DNA from: Atractiella rhizophila
Taxonomy: Eukaryota
Assembly: GCA_021432655.1 (NCBI GenBank)
Contig: MU271257.1
Location: forward strand, 52,182 to 116,181
DNA: 64,000 nucleotides
Direction: 5' to 3'
A model generated the notes under the pieces. The model saw only the letters and a program-made list of their open reading frames with translations, was not told the origin of the DNA and did not search any database. Made by a program: the position numbers and the translations under genes. Positions 24,304 to 38,300 of the stretch are shown one piece after another. The stretch's first letter is position 1. Each line of letters starts with the position of its first letter.

Positions 24304-25931
24304 ATGGTGCCTCAGCAAGAGGGGAAAGATGGGTTGGACGACCGTTCGCTGCCTCCTCCTGTCCAACAGGTGCCTCCAGTGAGTCTTCTCCCTGTGACTA
24401 CAAGAGGTGGGGAGGTTGAGACCGTGCTTTGCACGTAGGAGAAAAAGGTGCATCCAGCGATCATTATCGCAATTTGGATTTTCCTCAGCGGAAGCGTTAT
24501 CATGTTCGTTTCTTCTCCTTCTATACGTTGCAGCAAGCTAAAGGGGAATGGATAGTTACAACAAATACATTCTCGACCCTGAGTCCCTCAACTGGCCTTA
24601 GTACGTATTCGCCGTCATCTCTGCCGTCCTGCGGTTGCCTTCCGCATTCTAAATGATTTTCCATAAATGGAACAGTCCGATTGCGCTCGTAGCATGGCAT
24701 CTCTCCTTCGCCACGATCGCGACCAGGATTATGTACCGGACGACCCGCCTGCTCGAAGGAGTAGACTCTGTGCAGGTGGGGTCATTCTGCTATTTGCCTT
24801 GCTATCCTTCCGCTGAAATTCATGTCCATCTTAGATGTCCTGGGATCGCTGGTTCCGTTCTATTGTACCCATTGGAGCCCTTTTCTCCGCCTCTCTGATC
24901 TTCTCAAACATGGCCTATCTCACCCTCACCGTGAGCTTTATCCAAATGTCTGTCTCTTCCATCTCCACTAGCCCGAGGATGCTGAAGTCGGCGTTTTTTG
25001 GGACAGGCTCAAAGCCTTTACATCGGTTGCTGTTCTCGGTTCGTTCTTTCTCTGAGCGTTAGACAGATTTTCTGAATTTGATATGGCGGTGGTAAAGGCA
25101 TGTCTGTTCTCTTCGGCCTTGAGACTCCCAATCGTCGCACACTCGTCATCGTACTCTTCATCTCACTCGGAGTCGCCGTCGCTTCCTACGGCGAAATCAA
25201 CTTGTTCGCCCTTCATCTTCAATCAGTGATAGGAGGACTCAAGCAATGTTGGTTGTGGCGACAGTGTTATGTCCGGCTTTATCTGCCAGGCTATCGGGAT
25301 AGCCTTCGAAGCTGCACGATTGGTGGCGATCCAGAAACTTTTGCACGGGCTGAAGATGGACCCCCTAGTATCATTATACTACTTTGCGCCCGTTAGTTGA
25401 TCCCTCCTATGCCTTCGCGCAAACTGAATGACTGCTCTGCGTTAGGTTTGCGCTGGACTCAATCTCCTGCTCATCCCTTTCTACGAAGGTGCAGACCCAT
25501 TCAACACCGCGATTGAACAGTTGGGTTTCGTTGTCTTGTTCACGAACGCGGCGACCGCGCTATTGCTCAACATCTCGGTGGTGTTCGTCATCAGTGCTGC
25601 CAGCAGTTTGGTCTATACTCTTTGCGGTTTGTCTCTCTTCTTGCATTGCGGAAGGCTTCGGCATACTGATGCATGTCCCTCCGTGCTACAGGTGTATTGA
25701 AAGATATCCTCCTCGTTGTTGTCTCCCTTTTACTCTTCGGCAAACCAGTCACGTCCATCCAGTTCTTTGGATACGCCATTGCCCTTGCTGGGTTATTCGT
25801 TTTTGTTCGTTTCCTCCACCCTTTCTTTAGTCGGTCTATGAGTGAATGTGCTAACAACGATTGTGCAGAAAACCAAGAAGGAGGTAATGGACGGATATAT
25901 CGAGGCTGTCAAGGCCCGGCTTCGTGGTTAG
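24304..25931 (+). CDS. Triose-phosphate / nucleotide-sugar transporter family (Cas4-like) protein
   Basis: [67 protein letters not shown]; about 10 introns. Confidence 0.9.
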
Positions 25932-26612
25932 GCGATTAGTATTTATAGATGAGTATGGTAGTCAGTGGACTGGTAATAGGTACGCCCTACATCATTACAT
26001 TCTTCATCCACGAGATTGCGAATTTGAACAAAGACCGGCGAATAGTGCGCAATTTCAGTTTTGAGGATCTGTGGAACAGTAGAAATATTATCATCCCTTG
26101 CCGTCCTCTCTTTTCCTTCAACCTTGGGCTTTCACTTCGATACACCTCCACATCACAGTCGTGGGCTTTCTCTGTATGCCTATGCCTCTCTCTATCTCCT
26201 TCGTTCGAACTCAAGACAAAAGCGACCTGCGGTTGTATTTACGCATGTACCTATTCGCTGCTAATCTACATCCTGCTTCCACATCTTACTGCACCCCATT
26301 TTCAACTTTTCAACTTGGTATTGAAATTTTGAAAGGGATAAGCAGTGTGCAAATGAATTTTATGGGTTTGAAATCTACGCATGAATGATAAAATGATAGA
26401 CCCGAAATGATGGCACGTAATTTCGTCCCCTTGTCCAAGAGTGCGGTTCCGATTGTGAGTGTCGGACGACCAAGATTATCACCTTCCATTCCAGTTTCAG
26501 CTGTAAGACCCCTCCTTCGCCCTGTTCCCGTCGATATATATACATGCCACCATAAATCTGCCCTTCCTTCCACCTACGAACCCCATATCCTGCCCACAAC
26601 CAACGCACCGTC

Positions 26613-27595
26613 ATGTCGTCCAACTTTCTGTTCTTCTCGTCGTCCACCGTTTCCACTGCTTCGTCCTCTTCCTCTTCCTTGGCTACTTCACTCAGCTCAG
26701 CTTTGTCGGTCTCTACCCAGGATGGTACCCCAGCGGGAAGTAACGTGATCGGAGTGACAAAGGGGAGAAACAGCATCTTCGACTGCTCGTTCACCATTCA
26801 GGAACCCTTTTGTCCGCCCAAACCGTTGCGCCAGCAGACAGCCTTGCCCTCGCCAGCTTCAAACGCAATGGATGTTTCAGGGCCAGGGTCTGAGAGTGGC
26901 TGTATGGAGAAACCCTGTGGGAGTGTGCACTCTGGTGCAGTTGTATTGCACCCGCAAAGAAGGAAAGCCAAGACAGGGTTGGTAGTAACGATCGGAGCAT
27001 CTCCTGCGTCAATGGTGCGTCCTCCATTACGTCTCTCTCCAAAGGGCATAAGAAGTTGAAGGGCTGTCCGGCGGAGTAGCGGGAAGAATTCTCAGACGTC
27101 TTCGAGTCCGAGGACGATGAGAAAAGCGACAAGCCGTCTCCGGGAGATGCCACTGACTCCTTCTCGCCGGCGGAGACGCAGTCCTACCCTTTCCCTCCGC
27201 CCTCCAACCAACCCTGCCACCGCTCTCCGCTCCCTCTCCGTTCCGCATTGCGTCGTCCTGACGTCCCTTCCCGGAACCTGCACCTGTCACCAACGCCGTC
27301 GTCCTCCCAATCCTCCTCTCCGCTCTCCAGCCCTTCCAGCACTACTTCCCAGCTTTGTGCTCCTCCGTCCATCGTACGATTCGACGAGTCTCCCTCACCT
27401 ACGATTCTGACTTGGTCCCAAGACGACTATCCAGGACGGAGGGGGGATCCCCCCAAGACGAGACTGAGCTTTACGGAGGCGGTAGAGTTTAGAGAGTTCA
27501 AGAAAGGGATGGAAGTGTGGAGAGAAGAGGTGGAGGGACGAGGGAGGGGGATGGGGACGCTCAAGTTGCCGAATCATACAGAGGGTGGATTGTGA
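26613..27595 (+). CDS. Ser/Pro-rich hypothetical protein (LRSALRR...IVRF, possible PP1-docking-type motif)
   Basis: One intron (~27015-27079, GTGCGT..GAGTAG) joins the 26613 frame to the frame ending at 27595. Confidence 0.6.
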
Positions 27596-28175
27596 TGGAC
27601 TGAGCGTAGCGGCTGTTGATGGGGTGTGGAGTGCTTGATGGAGTTTGTGCTTGACTTTTGAGAGGATGAAGCGCACGTTCATTTCGTATTCACGATATTT
27701 ATCCGCACACTCTAACATTAATGCGTCACCTATTTTCGTTGTCCATCCATCCATCCATTTCCATAGATTTCGGTTTATGGTTCTCTGTTCATCGCATACA
27801 TGACTTGGCTTATCTCTTTCCCGTTTCCCGTCTATATTCCATCGTCCTTCCACATTTTGGCTCACTCTTGGAAGGACCCTTTGGCTTCCTTTATCAAGTT
27901 GATATTTGACTGTGGACCCGTTCTCCTGCCTTTCTTCTGTTTGAGGTTTGAACTTTGATGGACGCCAATTTGTCTATTCTTCACAATACCTGGGTTTCAA
28001 GGACGCTAAGGACAAGATATTGTATTTTTTACCTCTTCCTCGTCTCCTTCACAATAGTCCTGGTAGAGCATTCTAAATCCTTGTAAGTTTCTACAACAAC
28101 AGATCCCTTCTATTCCATTCCAGTAACATGACAGAACACTGATACACCTCTTGTATATGTGGATACAGGTCTTGT

Positions 28176-29296
28176 TCAAAAGAACTTCGCTCCCTCTTCC
28201 CCTTCACCCCCTCCTCCAGTATCTTTAAACACTTGCGCCTTCCCCTGTTTGATTAGACCCTGTAAAGAGCGCCGAAGAAGGGAGTAGGGCATGAGGTGGA
28301 ATTCTGTCCCGTCCAACCCACCCACGTTCGTTAGTATCAGTTTGGCGAGAGATCAGATCAAGATAATTAAATGTATGAAATATCTTTGATACATTTTCGA
28401 GTGTGTGCGTGTAAGGAGGGAGAGCCCGTCTAATACTGCAGAAAGCAGGCTACGGTCCCAGCATGGGGAGGGAGAGAGAGCGTATGGGCGGGAGAGCAGG
28501 CAAACACGAGAAGGAGGGGAGGACGAACCGGTGGTATGTGCGAGCGTGCCGCCTGTTGTGAGCTCGTAAAAAGTCATGATGGTGCCTCCCAGCCCATTCT
28601 CTACGATCTAAGCCAGAAACACAATTGGTCAGGTTTGTTTGCGTGCAGATAGAAAGGAGAAACCGCGCACCCAGTGATAGATCACCTCTCCCCATTCTTC
28701 TGGCCGCCGCCAGTAGATGAACACGCTGCTCGACTTGGTTTTGGGAGATGGGGAATCGTATGCCGCTGAACCTATCTCGCACGAGACAGGAAGAGACTAT
28801 CAGGTCATTTGATGATTGATAGAGAGAAGAAAGAACGTTACCTGCAGCGACGAGAGACTGGATAATATCGTCCGCAAAAGCGAGGGAGACTCTGCCTATC
28901 CTCCAAGCAACCAAAGGTCCGAGGGGTCAGCAGACCTTTCTATCTAAAAAGTAACGGTGAGGAAGCGCAAAGACGTACGTTGAGTCTTTTCGTTCCCCCA
29001 CAGCTCCTTCGCCTCTCCTCCAGTGATCGCTCCCTCCGTGATATCTAGTCGGAAGAGGCGATGAAAGCGGCAGTAAGACAAGATGAGCTGGGACCAGATC
29101 GCAAGTTGATGGGCTTGTGAGGAGGCATTTCTCTGTTTCCTGTCCACATAAAATAATTATACATCTCATTTCAAGAGTTACGGGAAGAGGGATGGGCCAG
29201 GACAAACGTGAAGAATGGATCCCAGGAGTAGAGATCGGGAAAGGTGAAGCCGGACGAGGAGACATGGATGGGAAGTATGAACTTGTTAGCTTGCAT
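28176..29296 (-). CDS. VPS25: ESCRT-II subunit Vps25
   Basis: FTFPDLYSWDPFFT|KQRN..QLAIWSQLILSYCRFHR, MTFYELT, IKQGKAQVF..EGAKFF*; start codon uncertain. Confidence 0.85.
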
Positions 29297-29929
29297 TCTG
29301 TGGTACAGCAGGGATGAGCATGAAGTTGCCCAGATGGCAGCAGCTGGGTCGAAGGATGTCAATGAGCCAAATGGAGGAGTGGTCCTCGTTCACCTCGAAC
29401 ACGCGATGTAGGGGCAAGATCATCACGTGCAATTCCTCTTTACACATCCGTTTATTGCAGGCCTGTAGCTTGGAACTTAGGATGGTTAATGACAGGCAGA
29501 ATGCCAGGGACAGTGGAAACTTTCATAAAGATATGACATAACATTGAATATTGGGACACAACACCTTCTGGAAATAACGGCACAAGCAATCGATTCATAC
29601 ATCAACACTCTCAAAGAGCAGAGGATAAATAAAATATGAACACCAATAGCAGTGCAGTGGGGAATGGGATTAGGTGAGCTGAAGACAGACAAAGCTAAGA
29701 AACACAAAAAGAAATTGAAGGAGCAGAATGAGATGGATATGATCGAGAAAGCATGTTGGATGATTGTTCTTGAGCATCTTACTCGATGATGAGGACGAGA
29801 GAAAATGGATGGTCGACTCGAAAGGTCGACTGCTATAAAATATTGTTAATGTTGGTGGAGAGGGTTGGTTGATTTGGCGTTGAAAAGAGAACAATTGATG
29901 GTCGATTTATATGCAAGCTCCAACGAGCT

Positions 29930-31708
29930 CTACGCCTCTTCGGTGTGCTCCGCTTCTTCGACAATTACGAAGGTATATCGATCATTGAAATATTCAGAGT
30001 TTCGGTGATCGAGCATGGGATATTCTTTCGCAGGAAACGGTTTAGCGCTTTTCTTGTTGACTGCTTGCATGAGACACATTGCCATCGTCGAGTGGATTGG
30101 CGAATCAGGAATATCTACACTCATTTATGAGCAAGCGGTGCGGCGATTAAATGGACGAGGAAAGGGACGAGGAAAGACATACGGATAGCAATCTTTCTTT
30201 TCCTGAGAATCTTCGCCGCCTTACATTGCGAGGCAAGACGCTTTACGGAATGAGGGGTCGCAGGTATCTGTTCTTCCTCCTCTTCGCTCACGGTCGCAAG
30301 CTTTTGCTTCGTTGAATCCCTGGGATGTTTAGCGCTAGGGCTGATATTGGTCTTGCCAGCGGACGATAAGGTAATTTCAGTGGTCGCGTTGGGTATACAG
30401 CCTACGGACGAAGTCAACATGAATCTACGCAGCGACGAAATAAGGACATACCAGACGGAACGGCTGTTCCGGTTTGAGATTGCCTCGAAGCTCCTTGGGC
30501 TTCGACCTCATCTTTCACCACTTCTGGATCCGCGTGAACATACGGCGTATGAGCTGTTCCCAAGAAATCAGAAAGGTTGTGCGATCCGGACTAGGAGAAG
30601 GGTACCCAGTTTGATGGCACAGCTACGACTACGTGTCCTTCTCACCGTGGTGAGATCATTCACGACCTGCTCGGGTTCAGTCGTTCTTTCGCCATCTTGA
30701 GTGGGGAGGATGTTCACGGCAGAGATAGAAGCTATTGCTGGAGAGGTCAAGATCAATTTGACGACAAAGATCGGCACATACTCTTTTGTTGGCTGTCTTG
30801 AGGAGCATTAGCGGGTGCGATTACTTGTTCCTGCTTTACGACTGATACTTCTACTTCTTCCACATAGTACGTCAACTCGCTGTTGTAGCGCAGCAAAGAA
30901 GGACGGTATACTCTGAGTAGAAGTGGGACCATTCTTCGACTCCGGACAAGCTGGAATCGTGGGAGCCTTCACGGTGGCGGGGGTATCGACTACAGCAGGC
31001 ACTTTCCTGATGAGGTGGTCGTTTTCTATTGCACCCGCCATCAGCTCAGTTTATCTGACGCACAGAAAATACTCACTCGAAGCAGGAACATTTACAACCT
31101 GGTTTTCTTTGTCTTCAAAGGCAGCTTTGGGCATGTTCGCAATAGCCGGTACTGAGTAGAGCGAGGTCAGCGTGGGATTGGACTGGGGGAGTAGGACTAC
31201 TAACCTTGGGTTTGTCCCTTGCACATTCTCACGACAAATTGAACTTCATCGAAATCCAGGTCCGCTGTTTACCCGCTTCATATCGTCCCAATCTCCAGCG
31301 AGGAAAGGCTTACTAGGAGGAGCGAGGAGTTGAAACTTTCGTTTCGCCTCTCTCTTGAGTTCTCCGTCGTTCTTTCCTCCTTCCCACACCCATTCTCGCT
31401 CCTGCTTCATCTCCTCGCTCTCTCTAAACATCCTGAACCCGTTTCCTCGAGGTGCGCTGATAAGTCTAGTCCATATCTTCCGAGCAGAAATCAGGTTCCA
31501 GCTGCTACGATAATAAAGAGGAACAACACACGTCCTGGTCTTTCTCCGTGAGAGGAACAGCTCGCGCTTCTCTCAACGTCTTCTTCTTAGAGGGAGATCC
31601 TGGAGAAACGCAAATCCTAGGAGGGGTGCAAACGTCCTTCCCTTGGAGAGTAGTCAGGGTGCTAGCGCGGTGCGCCTGTCGCGTGGGTGAAGAGTGTGGC
31701 GAGTCCAT
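29930..31708 (-). CDS. Multi-exon hypothetical protein (basic, low complexity)
   Basis: Series of minus-strand exon frames bounded by GT/AG; no family recognised; boundaries approximate. Confidence 0.4.
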
Positions 31709-32168
31709 CTGATCCAATAGTTGCTGTAGTAGAGATTAGGGATTATAAGAAAAGTAAGATATTATAAGGCAGTGGCAAGCAGGGGGATATGGCAGAAGCT
31801 TGAGCAGGATAGTCGTTGGTCGTTTGCAGAGTCATTTCAGGTGAGTGAGACTGGGTGTCCCGACGTTGTGGAAGTCGGGACGCGAAGACGTAATGAATCG
31901 GTCGGAAGTAGGCAGTTTTATCGCCGATATTCAAGCGGAGCAAATCTCGGCGCAACATGGTGAGCCAATCCATAAAGAACCAGCCGTTTGCACATTGAAG
32001 TCGTGTTGAGAGCGAAGGAAGTTCGAAAGAGCAGAGTGCCAAGGAAAGTGCCGCTGAAGCGTATGAGTATACAATCATTGATCATTTCCATCACGATCAT
32101 CCCTTTCATACATTTGTTTTGATCCCAATCGCACACAACAGGACATTTCGACTTCCAAAGAATGACAA

Positions 32169-34266
32169 TTATACAGGGGCGGGAGCACCAAGGTTGACAT
32201 GAACAGCTACGACGGGGGGTCATCAGTACAACGGAAGGGTAAAGGGCAGGAGACGAACATTTGACAGCGGTGTAGTTCTGTAAAGCGTACTCTCCAAGTT
32301 CGCGACCAATACCACTCTCCTTGAACCCTCCGAAAGGAACCTGCGCATGAAGCTGGTTGTAGCAGTTGATCCAGGCTGTTCCGGCCTTCAGTTTGTGGGC
32401 GACCTTGGTCGCACGGGTGATATCCCTGCTGAAGACGGCGGCTGCGAGTCCGTAGAAGCTGTCATTTGCCTGGCGAAGAACATCGTCCTCATCCTTAAAC
32501 TTGGAGACGGCGACGACAGGGCCTATGTCATTTATATGAGCCAGACTGGGGTTGGACAGAAAGTGGAGCAGACAAACCGAAAATCTCTTCGCGCATGATC
32601 TTGTGTTCTGGCTTGACATCGGTGAATACTGTCGGCTGAATAAAGTATCCCTCCTCTGAAGCAGCCAGCCAAGGCTTAGTTAGCCCTAGGAGCTTCTCAA
32701 CTGGAAAAAAATGCACACCTCCATGCCTCTCTCCACCAATAAGAGCAGTAGCTCCCTCGTCCTTTCCAGACTGAATGTAGCTCATGATACGGTCATATTG
32801 CAATTTCGACACCTGAGGACCTTGGAAAGTATCCGGGTGGAACGGGTCACCGACTTTGAGGGTCTTGACATGGGCAACAAACTTCTCCATGAACTTGTCG
32901 TAAATCGACTCTTGGACGTAGATCCTCGATCCGGCACCTGCAAGGCAATCAGCACAACATGCAAAAATACAAAGTGGGACGACGAACAGCAGCATTGACC
33001 GTGGTTGAAGAATAAACCGAAAGAAGACCAGCGAACAGCTTGCTCCAGGTCCGCATCGTCGAAGATGATGTTGGGAGATTTGCCGCCGAGTTCCAAAGTG
33101 ACCTTCTTCAAGTTCGAAGCAGCAGCAGCCTTCATGATCGCTCGTCCAGTGAGAGTGGAACCGGTGAAAGCAACTTTCTAGAATTGCGGCATCAGTTCGA
33201 TTTTATTCAGGGAGAATGATCGCAGCAACGAACCTCAATCTTCATGTGTGATGCAATGGCGGCTCCTGCAACAGGTCCAAAACCAGAGAGAACGTTGACA
33301 ACTCCAGGAGGGAAGATTTGAGCGATGAGTTCGCAGACCTTCAGGGCTGAAAGCGGGGTTTGTTCTGCCAGACAGCCATCAGAAGCCTTATCTAACAATC
33401 TGGGCAAGGGATCGCACCGGCAGTCTTGAGGACAATAGTGTTACCAGTTGCGAGAGCAGGTCCCAACTTCCAAGCGAACATATAGATCTACTCTCCTTCT
33501 CAAAATCTGCACTCGGGAAGTGAAGGAGAGAGCTCATACAGGGAAGTTCCATGGAATGATCTGACCACAGACACCGATGGGCTCGTGGCGAGTATATGCG
33601 AGTTTCTGGTCGTGGACCTCGATGACTTTTCCGTGGTTCTTGTCTGCCCAACCACCATAATATCTGATGACAGCAGCGGCTTCAAGGACGTCGAAGTTCT
33701 TAGAGAACGTGATTCCCTTTCCATTATCGATCGACTGATCATGCCCCACAAGATCATTCAGCAACCACTCTGCCTCTGCGGGGAGATGGGAGGGGCGATG
33801 GAAGGGCGATGCTATGAGGGAATGACAAACCTCAATGGCAGCGATCTCGTCCGCGTTCTTCTCTATCGCTTCGGCGAGAGCAATCATCATCTTTCCCCTC
33901 TGAACGCCAGACACCTTCTCTCCCCAGACGTTGTCGAAAGCGTATTGAGCAGCATCAACAGCGATGTCGACATCCTTGGCTGATCACCCATCACTCAGAG
34001 TCGAGCATAGACGTTCGAAAGGAGGCAACGAACCTGACGCCTCAGAAACCTGTGCGATTTCCTTCCCTGTCGAAGGATTGAGCACCTCGAAAGTCTTTCC
34101 GCTCTCAGAAGGGACGAATTTGTTGTTGATGAACAATCCTGCAAAGATCCGTTCATAGATCAGCCAGGGTGGCCATTGTGAGGTATAAAGGATGCGCACC
34201 TCCCGAAAAACTGCTGCTCTTGATGGGTCCAGCGGTAAATTGAAGGTTGACTGTTGGAGGAGACAT
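32169..34266 (-). CDS. NAD(P)-dependent aldehyde dehydrogenase (AldA/ALDH2-like)
   Basis: [48 protein letters not shown]. Confidence 0.95.
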
Positions 34267-35326
34267 TTCGCTTGAGTTCCTTAAGGGTGGTAAGCGAGTG
34301 GTTCAACAATGGATACGACTTAGTCGAATGAAGAGCAGGATGAAGTGATTTGAGTTCTTTTATACTCCCTATCTCGTGTCAACCCGGTGACTTCATCCCC
34401 ACATTTCCTTTCCCGAGTGCTGGGTCTTGCGGGACCCGGTCCGCGCAAACGAACGGGTCAACACCAGCCTGCACTGGCCGGTACCAGGACAAGAAGCTGG
34501 AGGAGAGAGGGATCAGAATCGTTTTGCGACTAGCAAGGTGTTAGAGAAGGCACAAGAATCAGATTAGAGCGTCACGGGAGAGAACCTTGGTTGTCAGCTA
34601 GAGTGGAGAAGTGGTCCACGTACCGCCAAAGCGTTTCTTGAAGGTGGTGCAAGCAAGGAAGTCGACGGATCGACATTTCTCCAAATGCCACCCTAACTTT
34701 CTCCACAATGAGATACAGGAATGTTTTTCGACCGTCTTGAGCTTGTTATGAATCTCTCTTGAGAGCGCAACGGCAACAAAGGTCGGGTGGAGTTGGGTGG
34801 AACCGTCGGGAAGCCATCGCTAAGTCTCTGGCAGTTCAGTTAACAGACTGTCCTGTCAGGGGAAATCTTCGCCTTCGCTTTGAAAAGAGACATGCATACA
34901 CGCTCAACCATTCAGCAAAGTTGATTGCCAGCCAGAAACTCCAGAATGCGCTCGAAGTGAATGCCTGGCTTTGGCTTCCAGACTACCTAATGTCTACGTC
35001 TTAAAGTTGAACTGGCTGAATTGAACGCTGCAGGAACGGTACGAGGAACCGTAGAAAACACTGTGTTTGAAGAAGACATCACTCGACTATTATGAGTATG
35101 CCTTGACATTAGAATATCATTCCTGGTCATGTTCATGTTCAACGGTCCGCTTGAGTGTCGTCGTTGTTGGAGGTCAAGGATGCAGTGCAAAATAACGAGG
35201 GTAAGGTTAAAATCAAAGTTCCCACGTGTCGATCTTGTCCCAGAAATCATTCTTTCCAACATTTCCACGACCCTGCCTACGCTTTCGCCAACCGTCCCAC
35301 CTCCAAATCCAGAGCGAAAACGCGCA

Positions 35327-38300
35327 ATGTCCCAACAGCCATTCTCGCTCGCAGATCCGCGCGTCTCCAACACCTTTTTGCCGCCAATCGCCGTGCAGCC
35401 AAGTCAGGAGATGACGCCAAACCAAGTACAGCTTCGCCCGATTCTTGGAGGCGGCCAACCTAACATACAAAGCGGTCAGGGCGCTCAGATGCAGGGGATT
35501 AGCATGAATGGAGCGGATCAGCAGAGGCAGTTTGGGACCATGGGGTCTGTTGTCAATCGAGGTGCGTGTTCCTTTCTGGACATTCATTTGGGTCTTTGTT
35601 CCGTGCTAGCAAATTGGAGACGCAATTAAAGAAACGATAGATTTCCAACTCCCAGCAACTTATCAGCAAGCTCCACAACCTCCTTATTTTAACCCTTCCT
35701 CCATTCCCTCCAACCCTGCAAGTACGTCTCCACGATTGTCCGGTTCCTCAAACCTGAGTACCGGTCTCCGCCAAACGGGTATCTCTTCAATCCAACTACC
35801 AATCACAATGCCTGTCCCTCAACAGCAGCTCTACTCTACCTTACCTTCAGTCGGAGCAGCAGCAGGATCAGGAGGCGGCGGAGGACCGAACGGCCAGGCT
35901 AGTTCTTCATTAGGTCAAGTAGGTGGAGGTGGAATGAACAATTATGGCACGATAGGGATCCGTGGAGGAATACAGAACAGTGAGCATTCGTTTACTACTT
36001 CATTATATTTCGATATCTTTATTTTTGGTCTCTCTTTTTGGGAGGATGGATGGCGCGGATGGGGTTTTCGCCCTTAAGCGATGACACGCTTTCAGAAAGT
36101 ACATCTTGATCGGGCGTGGCGCCTAATTTTCTCCGACGATAACCTTTTCTCTGCCGATGTACAAACCTTATTCGACCCTACCCTGTAATCTCAAATTTTT
36201 CTTCTTTTGAATTTCTTCAGTGTTGATGTGATTTGATGCTCAATTTCGTGGACAGATTCTACATCTCAGACCGTCTTACCACCCATGCAGACACATGCAA
36301 AGCGTTCAGGGCGCTCAGATGCAGGGGATTAGCATGAATGGAGCGGATCAGCAGAGGCAGTTTGGGACCATGGGGTCTGTTGTCAATCGAGGTGCGTGTT
36401 CCTTTCTTGACATTTATTTGGGTCTTTGTTCCGTGCTAGCAAATTGGAGACGCAATTAAAGAAACGATAGATTTCCAACTCCCAGCAACTTATCAGCAAG
36501 CTCCACAACCTCCTTATTTTAACCCTTCCTCCATTCCTTCCAACCCTGCAAGTACGTCTCCACGATTGTCTGGTTCCTCAAACCTGAGTACCGGTCTCCG
36601 CCAAACGGGTATCTCTTCAATGCAACTACCAATCACAATGCCTGTCCCTCAACAGCAGCTCTACTCTACCTTACCTTCAGTCGGAGCAGCAGCAGGATCA
36701 GGAGGCGGCGGAGGACCGAACGGCCAGGCTAGTTCTTCATTAGGTCAAGTAGGTGGAGGTGGAATGAACAATTATGGCACGATAGGGATCCGTGGAGGAA
36801 TACAGAACAGTGAGCATTCGTTTACTACTTTATTATCTTTCGATATCTTTATTTTTGGTCTCTCTTTTGGGAGGATGGATGGCACGGATGGGGTTTTCGC
36901 CCTTAAACGATGACACGCTTTCAGAAAGTACATCTTGATCGGGCGTGGCGCCTAATTTTCTCCGACGATAACCTTTTTCTCTGCCGATGTACAAACCTTA
37001 TTCGACCCTACCCTGTAATCTCAAATTTTTCTTCTTTTGAATTTCTTCAGTGTTGATGTGATTTGATGCTCAATTTCGTGGACAGATTCTACATCTCAGA
37101 CCGTCTTACCACCCATGCAGACCAGCCCAGGGAGGTTATCGTTGAATCCCATGGATGTGGCATCCCTCATTTCATACCCTTCCTCCAACAACACGTCGTC
37201 TCAGCAACTGCAGCAGCAGCAGCAGCAGTCGAAGCTCCAGTCTCCAACAACGACATACCATTTCGGATCGGTTGGACCTGCAACCGGAGGGAGAACCTTT
37301 CCCTCTACTTCCCCAACTGTGACGACTGATACGAACCAAGCCGGAACGACACCGGATGTTCAGGGCTTCCATCTGCCGTCTCCGTATCAGCTCCAGCAGG
37401 GTTTCAGGAAAGCGTCACCGACTATTCAACGCGTCGAACATCACCATCAGCACACGCAGTCACAACAGCGCGTCCAACATCAAACTCAGGCTCCACAGCA
37501 AGCCCAACAGAGCGAATACTACGCCGTCAATCACTTACCTCCTCCGCCACTCCCTCCTACCCTTCCTTCCATTCAAGGGGAAAGGAAGCATTCACATTCA
37601 CACTCTCATTCCCACTCGCACCAGTCCTCACGTCATCCCCACTCTCATGCTCTCTCTCACTCTCAATCCCACGGACATCATGCTCACCAGCTCACGCACT
37701 CTTCCCACTCCCATCATCTCACAACCTCGCAGGGATGGCCAGCCACCGCTGATGAAGCGTATGCCACACGACCAGCTCCTTCGACGTCGATACCAATCAC
37801 GTCCACAACGCCTTCAAATTCGAACGTGTCTGTGGGGTACGACTATGGGAAGAACCTGAGTGCCTCCCAGGTGGAAAGGGAGAAGAAGAGGGAAGCAGCA
37901 GGAATAAAGATGACACACACACTTGGGCCGGTTAACAATCCACAAAAGAAGAAGCGAAAGGTCCCCCCATCTTCTTCTCAAGCGGACATCACGCCTCTGT
38001 CAATGGAACATCCCCTGCCGTTATCGGTGAAAGAGAGGCTGGGCGACGAATTGGAAGGTACGGTGGCACCTGGAGATGATACGCCGGCACAGAAAAAGTT
38101 TCTCGAAAACCAGTCAAAGGATTATTTCCATCCTCGGCTCATCTCCATCGACAATTCGCGCGTCAAAGCTTTCATGGCACAATACGATGTAACGGAAGAG
38201 GTGCTAGTGAATGGAGGTGCCTCCGCAACCGTAGAATTCTTGGGTAAAATTCTTTACGATAAAGACGTGGAGCCTGCCAAACTCCTCCCGAAGGAATTGC

